Position numbers and translations under genes: made by a program
Notes under the pieces: generated by a model
Told to the model about the DNA's origin: nothing
Seen by the model: only the letters and a program-made list of their open reading frames with translations
The model's database searches: none
Part shown: positions 35,529 to 45,000 of the stretch, in pieces
Layout: each line of letters opens with the position of its first letter
Position numbering within the stretch: the stretch's first letter is position 1
Source of the DNA: Candidatus Woesebacteria bacterium GW2011_GWC1_42_9
GTDB taxonomy: Bacteria; Patescibacteriota; Microgenomatia; UBA8517
Length of the DNA: 64,000 nt
Reading direction: 5' to 3'
Assembly: GCA_000995185.1 (NCBI GenBank)
Contig: LCET01000003.1
Span: forward strand, 6,989 to 70,988

Positions 35529-37262
35529 ATGACGACAGCTGAGATTCGGGCGAAATATTTGAAGTTTTTTATTGGGAAGCCGCGAAATCACAAAGAAATA
35601 TCCCCTGCTCCTCTCGTACCAGAGAACGATCCCACGACCCTTTTTACCTCTTCAGGGATGCAGCAATTGGTTCCCTATTTGACTGGGGAGAATCATCCAG
35701 AAGGCAAGCGCTTAGTTGATGTTCAACCCTCGATCAGATTGCAGGATATTGATGAAGTCGGTGATAATCGCCACACCACTTTTTTTGAAATGCTTGGCAA
35801 TTGGAGCTTGGGAGACTATTTCAAGGCGGAACAATTGCCTTGGGTCTGGGAATTTTTTACAAAAGAGCTTGGTTTAGATGGAAATCGTCTTTATGTGTCT
35901 TGTTTTGAGGGAAACAAAGAAGTGCCTCGCGACACAGAGTCTGCCAAAATTTGGAAGAAAATTAGAGTGCCTGAGGATCATATTTTCTTTTATGGAGTGA
36001 AGGAGAATTGGTGGAGCCGGTCTGGCCCGCCGAACAAAATGCCAGTCGGAGAAATTGGCGGCCCTGATTCTGAGATCTTTTACGAATTTACTCAAGTAAA
36101 ACATGATCCAAAATTTGGGGAAAAGTGTCACCCAAATTGTGAATGCGGGAGGTTTTTGGAAATTGGAAATTCTGTCTTTATACAATATCAAAAGACAAAA
36201 GAAGGACTAAAAGAACTTTCCCAAAAAAATGTTGATTTTGGCGGAGGGCTCGAGCGGATTGCTGCAGCAATGAATGATGATCCGGACGTTTTTAAGATAG
36301 ATGCTTTCGTTTTATTAATAAAAAAAATTTCAAGCGTGACAGGGAAGGCTTACAAGAGAAATGAAACATCAATGCGAATTATTGCAGACCACATGCGTGC
36401 GGCAAACATGATAATTCGCGAGGGAGTTGAGCCAAGTAATAAACAACAAGGGTATGTACTGCGAAGATTAATCAGGCGATCTGCGCTTAAGGTACGTGAC
36501 TTAAAGGGGAAACTTGTAGGTGGCGACTTAAGTTTAAACTTTGAAAGTGATATTGCAAAAGTTATTGAAGATGAGGTTGGCAGGTTTTCTATCTCGCTTG
36601 AGAAAGGGATGAAGCAAATTGAAAAAATTGATTCTGTAGATAGTAAAAAAGCTTTTGATTTATATCAAACTTATGGTTTTCCTTTCGAAGTAACGCAGGA
36701 AATTTTTGCGGATAAAGGACAAAAAATTGATAAAGATAAATTTCAGAAAGAGCTTGAGATGCATCAAGAGAAATCAAGGAGTGCTTCGGCGGGGAAGTTT
36801 AAAGGAGGGCTTGCAGATTCTTCGGAGGCGACTAAAAAGCTTCACACTGTCACACATTTATTGCATGCGGCACTAAGAAGCATATTGGGCGACCATGTGT
36901 CCCAAAAAGGATCTAATATAACTTCCGACCGCTTGCGATTTGATTTTTCTCATAAAGAGAAATTAAATGAAGATGAGATCAAGAAGGTTGAAGTCTTGAT
37001 AAATAAAGAGATCGACAAGGATCTTGAGGTCACAAGTGAGACGATGACCCTAGATGAAGCAAAAGATGCTGGTGCTTTGGCGTTTTTTGGACATAAATAT
37101 GACGAGTTGGTGAAAGTTTATTCGATTGGCAAGTTCTCAAAAGAAGTTTGTGGCGGTCCTCATGTTAAAAGGCTTTCTGAGATCAAAGGACATGTTAGAA
37201 TTAATAAGGAAGAGTCTGTGTCCTCCGGAGTAAGGAGGATTTATGCTGTTATTGAAAAATAG
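35529..37262 (+). CDS. alaS: Alanine--tRNA ligase, truncated form (catalytic plus editing domains, no C-Ala domain)
   Basis: 'FTSSGMQQL', 'HTTFFEMLGNWSLGDYFK' in the catalytic core. The editing-site residues include 'HTVTHLLHAAL' and 'CGGPH'. Ends at 577 aa. Confidence 0.85.
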   Translation: MTTAEIRAKYLKFFIGKPRNHKEISPAPLVPENDPTTLFTSSGMQQLVPYLTGENHPEGKRLVDVQPSIRLQDIDEVGDNRHTTFFEMLGNWSLGDYFKAEQLPWVWEFFTKELGLDGNRLYVSCFEGNKEVPRDTESAKIWKKIRVPEDHIFFYGVKENWWSRSGPPNKMPVGEIGGPDSEIFYEFTQVKHDPKFGEKCHPNCECGRFLEIGNSVFIQYQKTKEGLKELSQKNVDFGGGLERIAAAMNDDPDVFKIDAFVLLIKKISSVTGKAYKRNETSMRIIADHMRAANMIIREGVEPSNKQQGYVLRRLIRRSALKVRDLKGKLVGGDLSLNFESDIAKVIEDEVGRFSISLEKGMKQIEKIDSVDSKKAFDLYQTYGFPFEVTQEIFADKGQKIDKDKFQKELEMHQEKSRSASAGKFKGGLADSSEATKKLHTVTHLLHAALRSILGDHVSQKGSNITSDRLRFDFSHKEKLNEDEIKKVEVLINKEIDKDLEVTSETMTLDEAKDAGALAFFGHKYDELVKVYSIGKFSKEVCGGPHVKRLSEIKGHVRINKEESVSSGVRRIYAVIEK

Positions 37263-37268
37263 CTGTCC

Positions 37269-39356
37269 ATGAGCAAACAAACTGAGTTTTATTGGTCTTT
37301 GATTATCGAGCCGGGGTGGATCCAAGCCGCGGTGTGGACGATTAATGAGGAAAAACTAGCCCATATTGTTTCAGTGAGCCCTTCTATTAAATGGGAGGAA
37401 GAGGCTGATTTAGTGCAAGTTGTGGATTCTGCTTTGTCTGCGGCAATCCATAAATTTCCTGAAGGAGCCCCTGAGCCGCAAAAGACGGTGTTTGGCGTTT
37501 CTTCTTCGTGGGTAGCAGACGGCAGTATTAAAAAGGAACATTTAGACCAGATTAAAGACGTTTGCTCAAAGCTTTCTCTTAAGCCAAGCGGTTTCGTCGT
37601 CCTTTCGGAAGCTTTGGCTCATGCGGCAAAGATGGAGGAGGGAGCTCCATTAACCGGGGTAGTAGTAGGACTGGGAGAAAATACTGTCGATATTGCAGTA
37701 TATAAAATTGGAAACCTAATTGGATCTGTAAACGTGGGTAGAAGCATTTCAATTTTTGATGATATTATGGAAGGACTGGCAAGGTTTAAGGGTAGTGACG
37801 CATTACCCTCAAGATTTTTATTGTACAACGGGAATGAAGCTGAGCTTGAAGATGCCAAGCAGATATTGATTTCTTCAGATTGGGTAAATAATCCGAAAGT
37901 AGAGGGGGTAAGATTTCTTCATACGCCGCAGGTGGAAGTAGTGGGGAGTGAAAGAAAAGCGGTCGCAGTGAGCTTGGCCGGGGCGAGTGAGATAGGAAAT
38001 GTCGAGGGAGTACTAATGCGAGATGGTGTGAAAGACAGTGAACTGTCTTCGGATACCAATGTGGAAGCTGAGAAGATGGGTTTTGTTCTCAATCAAGATG
38101 TTTCTAAAGAAGTGGACAAAATTCCTCAAAGTTCATTGGATCTTCCAGGCAGAAGCATGAAGAGGGTCATTTTAAAAAAACTGCCAGCTTGGCCAAGGAT
38201 AAGTTTTATAGAGTTGGGGTCGATCAGAAAAAAGAAAATTGTTGTTGGCGCAGCGTTGGTTTTGTTGTTAGCGATATTTATCTCCTCTGCAATTTTCTTG
38301 CCAAAAGCTAAAGTTGTCATCTATGTTTCTCCGAAGACTTTGGAAGAGACTGAATATATTACACTAAGCGAGAGCCTATCAAGCCCCGATTATGAGGAGA
38401 GAATTCTGCCAGGTGAAACAATTGAAGTGGAAGTTAGCGGGAGTAAAACAAATAAGGCAACGGGGGCGATAACAATAGGAGACAAAGCAGAAGGAACAGT
38501 TGAAATTAGGAACGGGACATCAGTTTCAGTAAAACTTTCCGCTGGGACAATTCTTTTAGGGAAGGATGATTTGAAGTTTGAGACCTTGGAAAGTGCTTCT
38601 GTCTCAGCCGCATCTTCCCCTTCAAGTCCAGGAACTCAGAAAGTAACTGCGAAAGCGGTTGGAATAGGTGCGGAATATAACTTGAGCGAAGAAAGCGGGT
38701 TTAGTGTTGGTAATTATCCAAAAAGCGAAGTGGACGCTATCGCTAAAGTGGCATTTAGCGGAGGGTCTAGCCGTGACATTGTCGCCGTATCTCAAGATGA
38801 TTTGGATAAGCTGGAGGATGACTTGACTAAGGAGCTTCTTGAAGATGGGAAAAGTAAGTTATCCGGTAATGTCAGCGAAGGGATGATGCTTGTGAATGGC
38901 GTGCTTGAGACGGATGTAATTAGCCGAGAATTTAGTCAAAAAGAGGAAGATGAAGCAGAGAATGTTACTTTGGATTTAAAAATCAATGTTAAAGGCGTCA
39001 CCGTCAACGAAGAGTTGATAAGGAAATTTGCTTTTGATTTAATGGGTCCAGGCATCCCGTCTGGATTTGCTTTGCGCCCGGAGCAAATAACGATTGATTT
39101 CTCGCTAGATGAGGAAGTAGACCGAGGCGAGTGGATATATGAAACGGTGTTTAAAGCAAATCTTTTGCCGGAAACGGATACTGAAGAAATTGCTAAAAAA
39201 ATAGCTGGAAAAAAACCTCAAACTGCTCAAGATTATTTAAAAACAATCCCAGGATATGTAAGAAGCGAGGTGGAATTAAATTTCAACATACCGATCTTGG
39301 GTAATCTGCCCTACCTCACTCAAAATATTAGCATCGAGGTAGAAGCAGAGAAATGA
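37269..39356 (+). CDS. Membrane protein with an N-terminal actin-fold (ASKHA; FtsA/PilM-like) cytoplasmic domain, one TM, and a large extracellular domain
   Basis: Phosphate-1-like 'YWSLIIEPGWIQAAV' and phosphate-2-like 'TGVVVGLGENTVDIAVYKIG' motifs. TM is 'IVVGAALVLLLAIFISSAIFL'. No LPXTG. It overlaps the downstream sortase gene by 4 nt. Confidence 0.4.
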   Translation: MSKQTEFYWSLIIEPGWIQAAVWTINEEKLAHIVSVSPSIKWEEEADLVQVVDSALSAAIHKFPEGAPEPQKTVFGVSSSWVADGSIKKEHLDQIKDVCSKLSLKPSGFVVLSEALAHAAKMEEGAPLTGVVVGLGENTVDIAVYKIGNLIGSVNVGRSISIFDDIMEGLARFKGSDALPSRFLLYNGNEAELEDAKQILISSDWVNNPKVEGVRFLHTPQVEVVGSERKAVAVSLAGASEIGNVEGVLMRDGVKDSELSSDTNVEAEKMGFVLNQDVSKEVDKIPQSSLDLPGRSMKRVILKKLPAWPRISFIELGSIRKKKIVVGAALVLLLAIFISSAIFLPKAKVVIYVSPKTLEETEYITLSESLSSPDYEERILPGETIEVEVSGSKTNKATGAITIGDKAEGTVEIRNGTSVSVKLSAGTILLGKDDLKFETLESASVSAASSPSSPGTQKVTAKAVGIGAEYNLSEESGFSVGNYPKSEVDAIAKVAFSGGSSRDIVAVSQDDLDKLEDDLTKELLEDGKSKLSGNVSEGMMLVNGVLETDVISREFSQKEEDEAENVTLDLKINVKGVTVNEELIRKFAFDLMGPGIPSGFALRPEQITIDFSLDEEVDRGEWIYETVFKANLLPETDTEEIAKKIAGKKPQTAQDYLKTIPGYVRSEVELNFNIPILGNLPYLTQNISIEVEAEK

Positions 39357-39991
39357 GAACTGGGTTCTATCAAAGAATTATCGGAGGGGCAGGCATAGCC
39401 TTGGGAATACTTGTCTTGGGATATATTTTATTACCCATAATCACTTATGAATTAGAGGCGTCAAGGTTTACCTCTTATTTGTCGCCTGTTCCCAAAAAAG
39501 AAATCGATTTTACGAGGCTAAGTAATTGGTTTAGTGAAGACGTTGTTACCGAAACAGTGTCCCCTCTCTTGGTGGATCATTACACAATCAGCATTCCCTC
39601 CCTTGGGATTAAAGATGCCTCGGTTGCAATAGGGGGGGAAGATTTATCTAAATCCTTAATTCAATATCCAGGCACGGCCTTGCCAGGGAAACCTGGGAAT
39701 TCAGTGATCTTTGGTCACTCTATCCTTCCCCAATTTTATAACCCAGATGATTATATGACGATTTTTTCCACTCTGCCCACAATGGAAATTGGAGACGAAA
39801 TACAAGTTTTCTATGACGGGGCAAAGTATTACTATAAAGTTGAAGATATGTTTGAAGTTTCCCCAAACGACATTCAGGTATTAGAGCAGAATTTAAGTGA
39901 TTCTTTTGTGACGTTAGTGACATGTACTCCGCCAGGACATCCCTTAAGACCCAAGAGACTGATTGTTCGCGCGCGCGTTGTCTCAATATAA
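39353..39991 (+). CDS. Sortase (class A/E-like transpeptidase)
   Basis: N-terminal TM anchor, catalytic His 'VIFGHS', Cys motif 'LVTCTP', downstream Arg 'RLIVRARV'. Confidence 0.8.
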   Translation: MRTGFYQRIIGGAGIALGILVLGYILLPIITYELEASRFTSYLSPVPKKEIDFTRLSNWFSEDVVTETVSPLLVDHYTISIPSLGIKDASVAIGGEDLSKSLIQYPGTALPGKPGNSVIFGHSILPQFYNPDDYMTIFSTLPTMEIGDEIQVFYDGAKYYYKVEDMFEVSPNDIQVLEQNLSDSFVTLVTCTPPGHPLRPKRLIVRARVVSI

Positions 39992-39993
39992 AA

Positions 39994-40365
39994 ATGAAGA
40001 TATTAGGCATTGACTATGGAAGAAAGAAAATTGGAGTGGCCATCGCGGAAGGGTCCTTGGCAAGTCCACTAAAGGTCTTAAAATCTCCTTTTGGTGAAGA
40101 AATCGCAGAAATTATAAGAGCTGAAAATATTGAAAAGGTGATTGTCGGGATTAGTGAGGGGGAAATGGCCAATGAGGCCCGAGAGTTTGGTGAGGAATTA
40201 TTACGAAAATCAGGCGTTCCTGTTGAATATGAAGATGAGACTCTTTCGACCCATGAAGCCCAAAGACTATCGCAGGAGGCTCACATAAAACGCTCAAAAA
40301 GAAAGGCGATGGAAGACGCCTACTCCGCCACTTTAATCCTTCAGAAATATTTAGATAGAAGTTAG
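39994..40365 (+). CDS. ruvX: Putative pre-16S rRNA nuclease / Holliday-junction resolvase-like YqgF (RuvX)
   Basis: 'MKILGIDYGRKKIGVAIAEG' is the RNase H-fold YqgF N-terminus. The alaS...ruvX-mltG neighbourhood is conserved. Confidence 0.8.
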   Translation: MKILGIDYGRKKIGVAIAEGSLASPLKVLKSPFGEEIAEIIRAENIEKVIVGISEGEMANEAREFGEELLRKSGVPVEYEDETLSTHEAQRLSQEAHIKRSKRKAMEDAYSATLILQKYLDRS

Positions 40366-40417
40366 TCCGATAATTTTATACAATAAGGGCTAACGAAGGT
40401 CTGATAGGAGGTGTTCC

Positions 40418-40660
40418 GTGACAACTGTTGTTTTAGTCGCGTACTTTGGGTCCCATGATCATCAGTTCGAAGGGAAGCTTGATCTAGCGAAACGAGTTGC
40501 TTCTGTTAACTCTGTTTTAGAGCTGGAAAAAGCGATGAATGAAAGGGAAGATACGGAATATCTTGGATTTTTTGGTGAGGATGGTGATTGTAAGATGTTC
40601 GGCTATCTTACAGCAGTTAATTTGCTTGATCCGACTGGTGACGAGCGTTCTCGTCTTTAA
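40418..40660 (+). CDS. Hypothetical small protein
   Basis: 80-aa ORF starting with GTG, 7 nt after a GGAGG Shine-Dalgarno. Followed by a 12-bp-stem hairpin. Confidence 0.35.
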   Translation: MTTVVLVAYFGSHDHQFEGKLDLAKRVASVNSVLELEKAMNEREDTEYLGFFGEDGDCKMFGYLTAVNLLDPTGDERSRL

Positions 40661-40676
40661 GATTTAGATAATTAAG

Positions 40677-40711
40677 TTTGGGCAGGAGGAAAATAACAAC
40701 TCCTGCCCAAA
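40677..40711 (+). terminator. Perfect 12-bp inverted repeat hairpin (tttgggcaggag...ctcctgcccaaa); terminator or operator
   Basis: 11-nt loop. The downstream U-tract is weak (ggatttacttcattgactttt). Confidence 0.4.
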
Positions 40712-40723
40712 GGATTTACTTCA

Positions 40724-40747
40724 TTGACTTTTAAAGTTTGGTATACT
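40724..40747 (+). promoter_or_regulatory. Promoter-like element (TTGACT, then extended -10 TGgTATACT) upstream of the zinc-ribbon ORF
   Basis: -35 at 40724-40729 and TGgTATACT at 40739-40747. The spacer is short, so function may rely on the extended -10. Confidence 0.3.
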
Positions 40748-40757
40748 AATAGTTAGT

Positions 40758-40955
40758 ATGTTCAAAAATGTGGTTGCTCCAATTCAAGCTTGGCTGATGA
40801 GCCAGGGGAGGTGTGTCGGTTGCGGGAAAGATTTATCGGAAGGGAAGAGCGTCAAGCATAAGTATGGTAAAAAGATAATTTGCAGTTGCGGGCGCATCTT
40901 TATTTACAATACGAAGAATAAGAATTATCGCCGCGCCCTCATAGAAGAAGTATAG
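40758..40955 (+). CDS. Small zinc-ribbon protein (CxxC...CxC)
   Basis: 'GRCVGCGKDL...KIICSCGRIF'; 65 aa. Confidence 0.4.
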   Translation: MFKNVVAPIQAWLMSQGRCVGCGKDLSEGKSVKHKYGKKIICSCGRIFIYNTKNKNYRRALIEEV

Positions 40956-41971
40956 TGTTGAGAAAAGTTGGTTTCGCAACAATTAGCCTCCTAATTATAA
41001 GTTTTGTTTTTGTGGTGGCAGGGCTTACTTTTTGGAAATCAGTTTCCAAAGCTCCTGGAAACGACAAAACGATTCAGAGATTTTTAATTACAAAAGGGTC
41101 TTCTGCTGAAAAAATTGCGAATGATCTAAAAGATCAGAATCTTATTAAAAGTCCTTTGGCTTTTAAGTTTTATACCCAGATTACTGGGATTTCTGATCAA
41201 ATTCCTCCCGGAGAATTTAAAATATCGGGTAATTTAAGTTTGAAAGAGGTTGTCGAAATGTTACTTAAAGGTCCGGTGGAAGTGTGGGTGACTGTGCCGG
41301 AAGGATTGCGCCGCGAAGAAATTGTCGAGCGCTATATTGAAGGTTTGGGTTTAGGAGGAACGGTAGCAGACGGATTTAGAGCAGATTTTTTGATGCAGAC
41401 CCGAGAACTTGAGGGTTATTTATACCCTGATACTTATTTATTTCCTTTGGATATAACGGCGGACAAAGTTGTTACAAAGATGAGATCTACTTTTGATCAA
41501 AAGTTTACTGAAAAAATGAGAACTGACTTAGTGAGCAAAGGGAGAAGTATTGATCAGGTCGTAATATTGGCTTCCCTTTTAGAAAGGGAAACTTTGACAA
41601 GCGAGGAAAGACCTGTTGTATCTGGGATATTATTTAATCGGCTTGAGAATGATTGGCCGCTTCAAGTTGATGCCTCGGTCCAGTATGCAATAGCCAGTGA
41701 AAATTGTAGATTACAAAATGTGGATTGTGATTGGTGGCCAAAAAATTTGACTAAAGATGATTTGGCTATTAATTCTCCGTTTAATACATATAAATTTTCC
41801 GGGATCCCTCCGAGTCCGATTTCAAGCCCTGGCATTATTTCTCTCACGGCAGTAGTTTATCCAGAAGACACGGACTATATGTACTATATTCACGATACCG
41901 ATGGAGTTATCCATTATGCAGAGACGCTTTCAGAGCACAATCAAAACGTTTCGAGATATCTAAAGAAATAG
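40955..41971 (+). CDS. mltG: Endolytic murein transglycosylase MltG (YceG family)
   Basis: N-terminal TM and YceG-like core 'YLYPDTYLFP...', 'LASLLERET', 'PLQVDASVQY', 'NTYKFSGIPPSPISSPG'. Confidence 0.85.
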   Translation: MLRKVGFATISLLIISFVFVVAGLTFWKSVSKAPGNDKTIQRFLITKGSSAEKIANDLKDQNLIKSPLAFKFYTQITGISDQIPPGEFKISGNLSLKEVVEMLLKGPVEVWVTVPEGLRREEIVERYIEGLGLGGTVADGFRADFLMQTRELEGYLYPDTYLFPLDITADKVVTKMRSTFDQKFTEKMRTDLVSKGRSIDQVVILASLLERETLTSEERPVVSGILFNRLENDWPLQVDASVQYAIASENCRLQNVDCDWWPKNLTKDDLAINSPFNTYKFSGIPPSPISSPGIISLTAVVYPEDTDYMYYIHDTDGVIHYAETLSEHNQNVSRYLKK

Positions 41972-41973
41972 AC

Positions 41974-42001
41974 TTGACAACGTTCGTTTATGGCTTATAA
42001 T
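41974..42001 (+). promoter_or_regulatory. Strong sigma-70-type promoter for rpoBC (-35 TTGACA, 16 nt, -10 TATAAT)
   Basis: Consensus hexamers at 41974-41979 and 41996-42001. Confidence 0.6.
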
Positions 42002-42029
42002 TTGCCGTAGGCGTACTGAATGTAGGCTC

Positions 42030-42058
42030 GTCCCGCTTTCCATAGCGGGAGTTTTGTG
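42030..42058 (+). promoter_or_regulatory. Leader hairpin plus U-tract (attenuator-like) in the rpoB 5' UTR
   Basis: tcccgct-ttccat-agcggga followed by gttttgtgt, lying between the promoter and the rpoB start. Confidence 0.4.
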
Positions 42059-45000
42059 TACTTCCGAGATGGCCCAAACAAAAAGACGTAATTTTGGAAA
42101 AATAGAAAAGAAACTGCCGGAGCTGGATCTATCTCTTGTCCAAAGAGAGTCGTGGCAGTGGTTTTTAACGGAGGGAATTGCTGAAGAAATATCCCAAATT
42201 ACCCCGATAGACGATTTTACAGGAAAGAATTGGCAGTTGATCTTAGGAGAGCATGTGCTTGAAAAACCAAAGATTACTCCGGGAAGAGCTATTGAAAAAG
42301 GGCTTACTTTTGCGGCTCCATTTAAAATTAAGACCACTTTAATAAATAAAAGAACAGGAAAGAGCATTGAACAAGAAGTCTTTTTTGGCAACCTTCCTCA
42401 AATGACTTCCGTTGGAACCTTCATCATTAATGGAATAGAGCGCGTAGTAATTAATCAGTTGGTTCGTTCTCCTGGAATTTATTTCTCAGGGGAGACGGAT
42501 CGTTCTAGTGGAAGGATGCTGCATCAGGCAGAAATAAGGCCTCTTCATGGATCATGGCTTGAATTTGAGGTAAGTAAAAATGATGTTATTTCAGCAAGAA
42601 TTGATAAAAGGAGAAAAATGCCGGCGACTATTTTGCTTCGTGCAATGGGTCTTGAGTTTGATAAAGATATTAAAGATGCCTTTTCTAAGGTGGATAGTGA
42701 TCCTGATCACTCCTACATCTTAAAGACAATTGAGAAAGATCAAACAAAAAATCGAGATGAGGCACTGCTGGAAATTTATAGGAAAATGCGACCGGGGGAG
42801 CCGGCAGTTTTGGAAAATGCGCAGAATCTTTTTGATACTTTGTTCCTAAACTTTAGGCGTTATAATCTTGGAAAAGTAGGGCGCTATAAAATTAATAAAA
42901 GACTGGGGATTAGCGTTCCGAACGATAAGCAGAATTGGGTATTAACCAAGGAAGATGTTGTTGCAACGGTAGCTTACCTTATTGGTCTCCAGAATGAGGA
43001 AGGAAGGACTGATGATATTGATCATCTTTCAAATAGGCGTTTGAGGAGAGTGGGGGAGCTAGTCGCAACGCATGCTTTTAGGGCAGGGCTTTTGAGACTA
43101 GAAAGATCGGTAAAGGAAAAAATGAGCCTTATTTCCCCCGACGATATCCCACAGCCGCAGTCATTAATTAACGCTAGGCCCTTGATCGTAGCAATAAATG
43201 AATTTTTCCGATCAAATCAACTCTCCACAATATTAGATAACACTAACCCATTGTCAGAAATAGATAATTTGAGAAGGGTATCTGTCCTTGGCCCGGGTGG
43301 GATCAACCGAGAGAGGGCATCGTTTTCTATTCGTGACATTAACTCATCCCAATATGGAAGGATAGATCCCGTTCGGTCTCCGGAGGGACCAAATATTGGA
43401 TTAGTGACATATCTGGCGCTTTATGCACAGGTAAATGAATATGGATTTCTTGAGGCTCCTTACCGGGTCGTCAGGAAGGAAAAAGTGGGGGGTATTGAGA
43501 GGGCCAGAGTTACAGACGAAATGGTATATCTTGCCGCCGATGACGAAGAAGAGCAGTACATCACCCATAGCGGGATAAATATTGGCAAGACGGGATTAAT
43601 CGAAGATGAACGCGTTCCTTATCGTTATAAAGGTGCTTTTTTGGAAGGCTCTTCTAATCTGATTACATTAATAGATCTCACTCCGCGACAGGTTTTCGGT
43701 GCGAGTGCTGCTTTAATTCCATTTTTGTCACATGACGAGGGAAATCGTGCCCTGATGGGCTCAAATATGCAGTGCCAAGCAGTGCCTCTGGTGCATCCCG
43801 CTTCTCCGATAGTTGGTACTGGCATGGAGGGCGTGATAGCTGAAGCAATGGGCGGGGTGATTCGGAGTGGACACAGAGGAAAAGTGACCTATGTGGATGC
43901 TCAAAGGATAGAGGTCTCGCTCGATAAAAAAGTGGAGGCAATAGACGACCCTAATATGGAATTATCTGATAATCATAAAACAATTATTTATCATTTGTCC
44001 AAATTTAAAAAGACCGCCGCTTCGACTTCTTATAATCAAAAGGCGCGGGTGCAGGTTGGTCAGAAAGTTAACAAGGGTGATCTTCTTGCTGATGGACCAA
44101 GTTCAGATCAAGGAGAGTTGGCTTTGGGCCAAAACCTTGTGATTGCTTATACAAATTACGAAGGATATGGTTTTGAGGATGCGATACTAATTTCTGACCG
44201 TTTGGTAAAAGATGATCTTCTAAAATCGATCCATATTAAGGAATATCAAGCAGATTTGGTGGAAACCAAGCTTGGGCCGGAGGAGCTGACCCGAGATATT
44301 CCAAATGTTGCCGAGACGGAGCTTGCCAACCTAGCAGAGGATGGTATTGTCGTCATAGGTGCAGAAGTGAGTCCGAATGATATTTTGGTCGGGAAAATAG
44401 CCCCTAAAGGAGAAACAGAACTTACTAGTGAAGAAAGGCTTCTTCGGGCAATTTTTGGAGAGAAGGCGCGAGAGGTACGGGATACTTCGCTTCGTGTTCC
44501 TCATGGCGAAGGAGGAATTGTGGTTGATGTGCAAATTCTTGACAAAGAAAAAGGAGATGAGCTTGGCCCGGGAGTAATTAAAAGCATTATTGTTAAAGTG
44601 GCTCAGACGAGGAAGGTAAGCGTAGGAGACAAATTGGCTGGGCGCCATGGAAATAAGGGTGTGATTGCAAAAATCATGTCAACTTCCGATATGCCATATC
44701 TTGAGGATGGCACACCGGTTGATATTATCATTTCCCCTCTTTCTGTCTTAGCGAGGATGAATTTGGGCCAACTTTTGGAAAGCTACCTTGGCTGGGCACT
44801 CTATAACAAGGGAGAAAAGGGACAAATTCCAGTTTTTGACCAGATCAGCGAAGAAGTGATTATCAAGGAGCTTCAAAGCGTTGGGATGAGCGAGACTGGG
44901 AAAACGAGACTTTATGATGGACGGACCAGTGAACCGCTTAAGGAAGATACGGTTGTAGGAATTGGCTACATCATGAAATTAAGACACATGATTGAAGATA

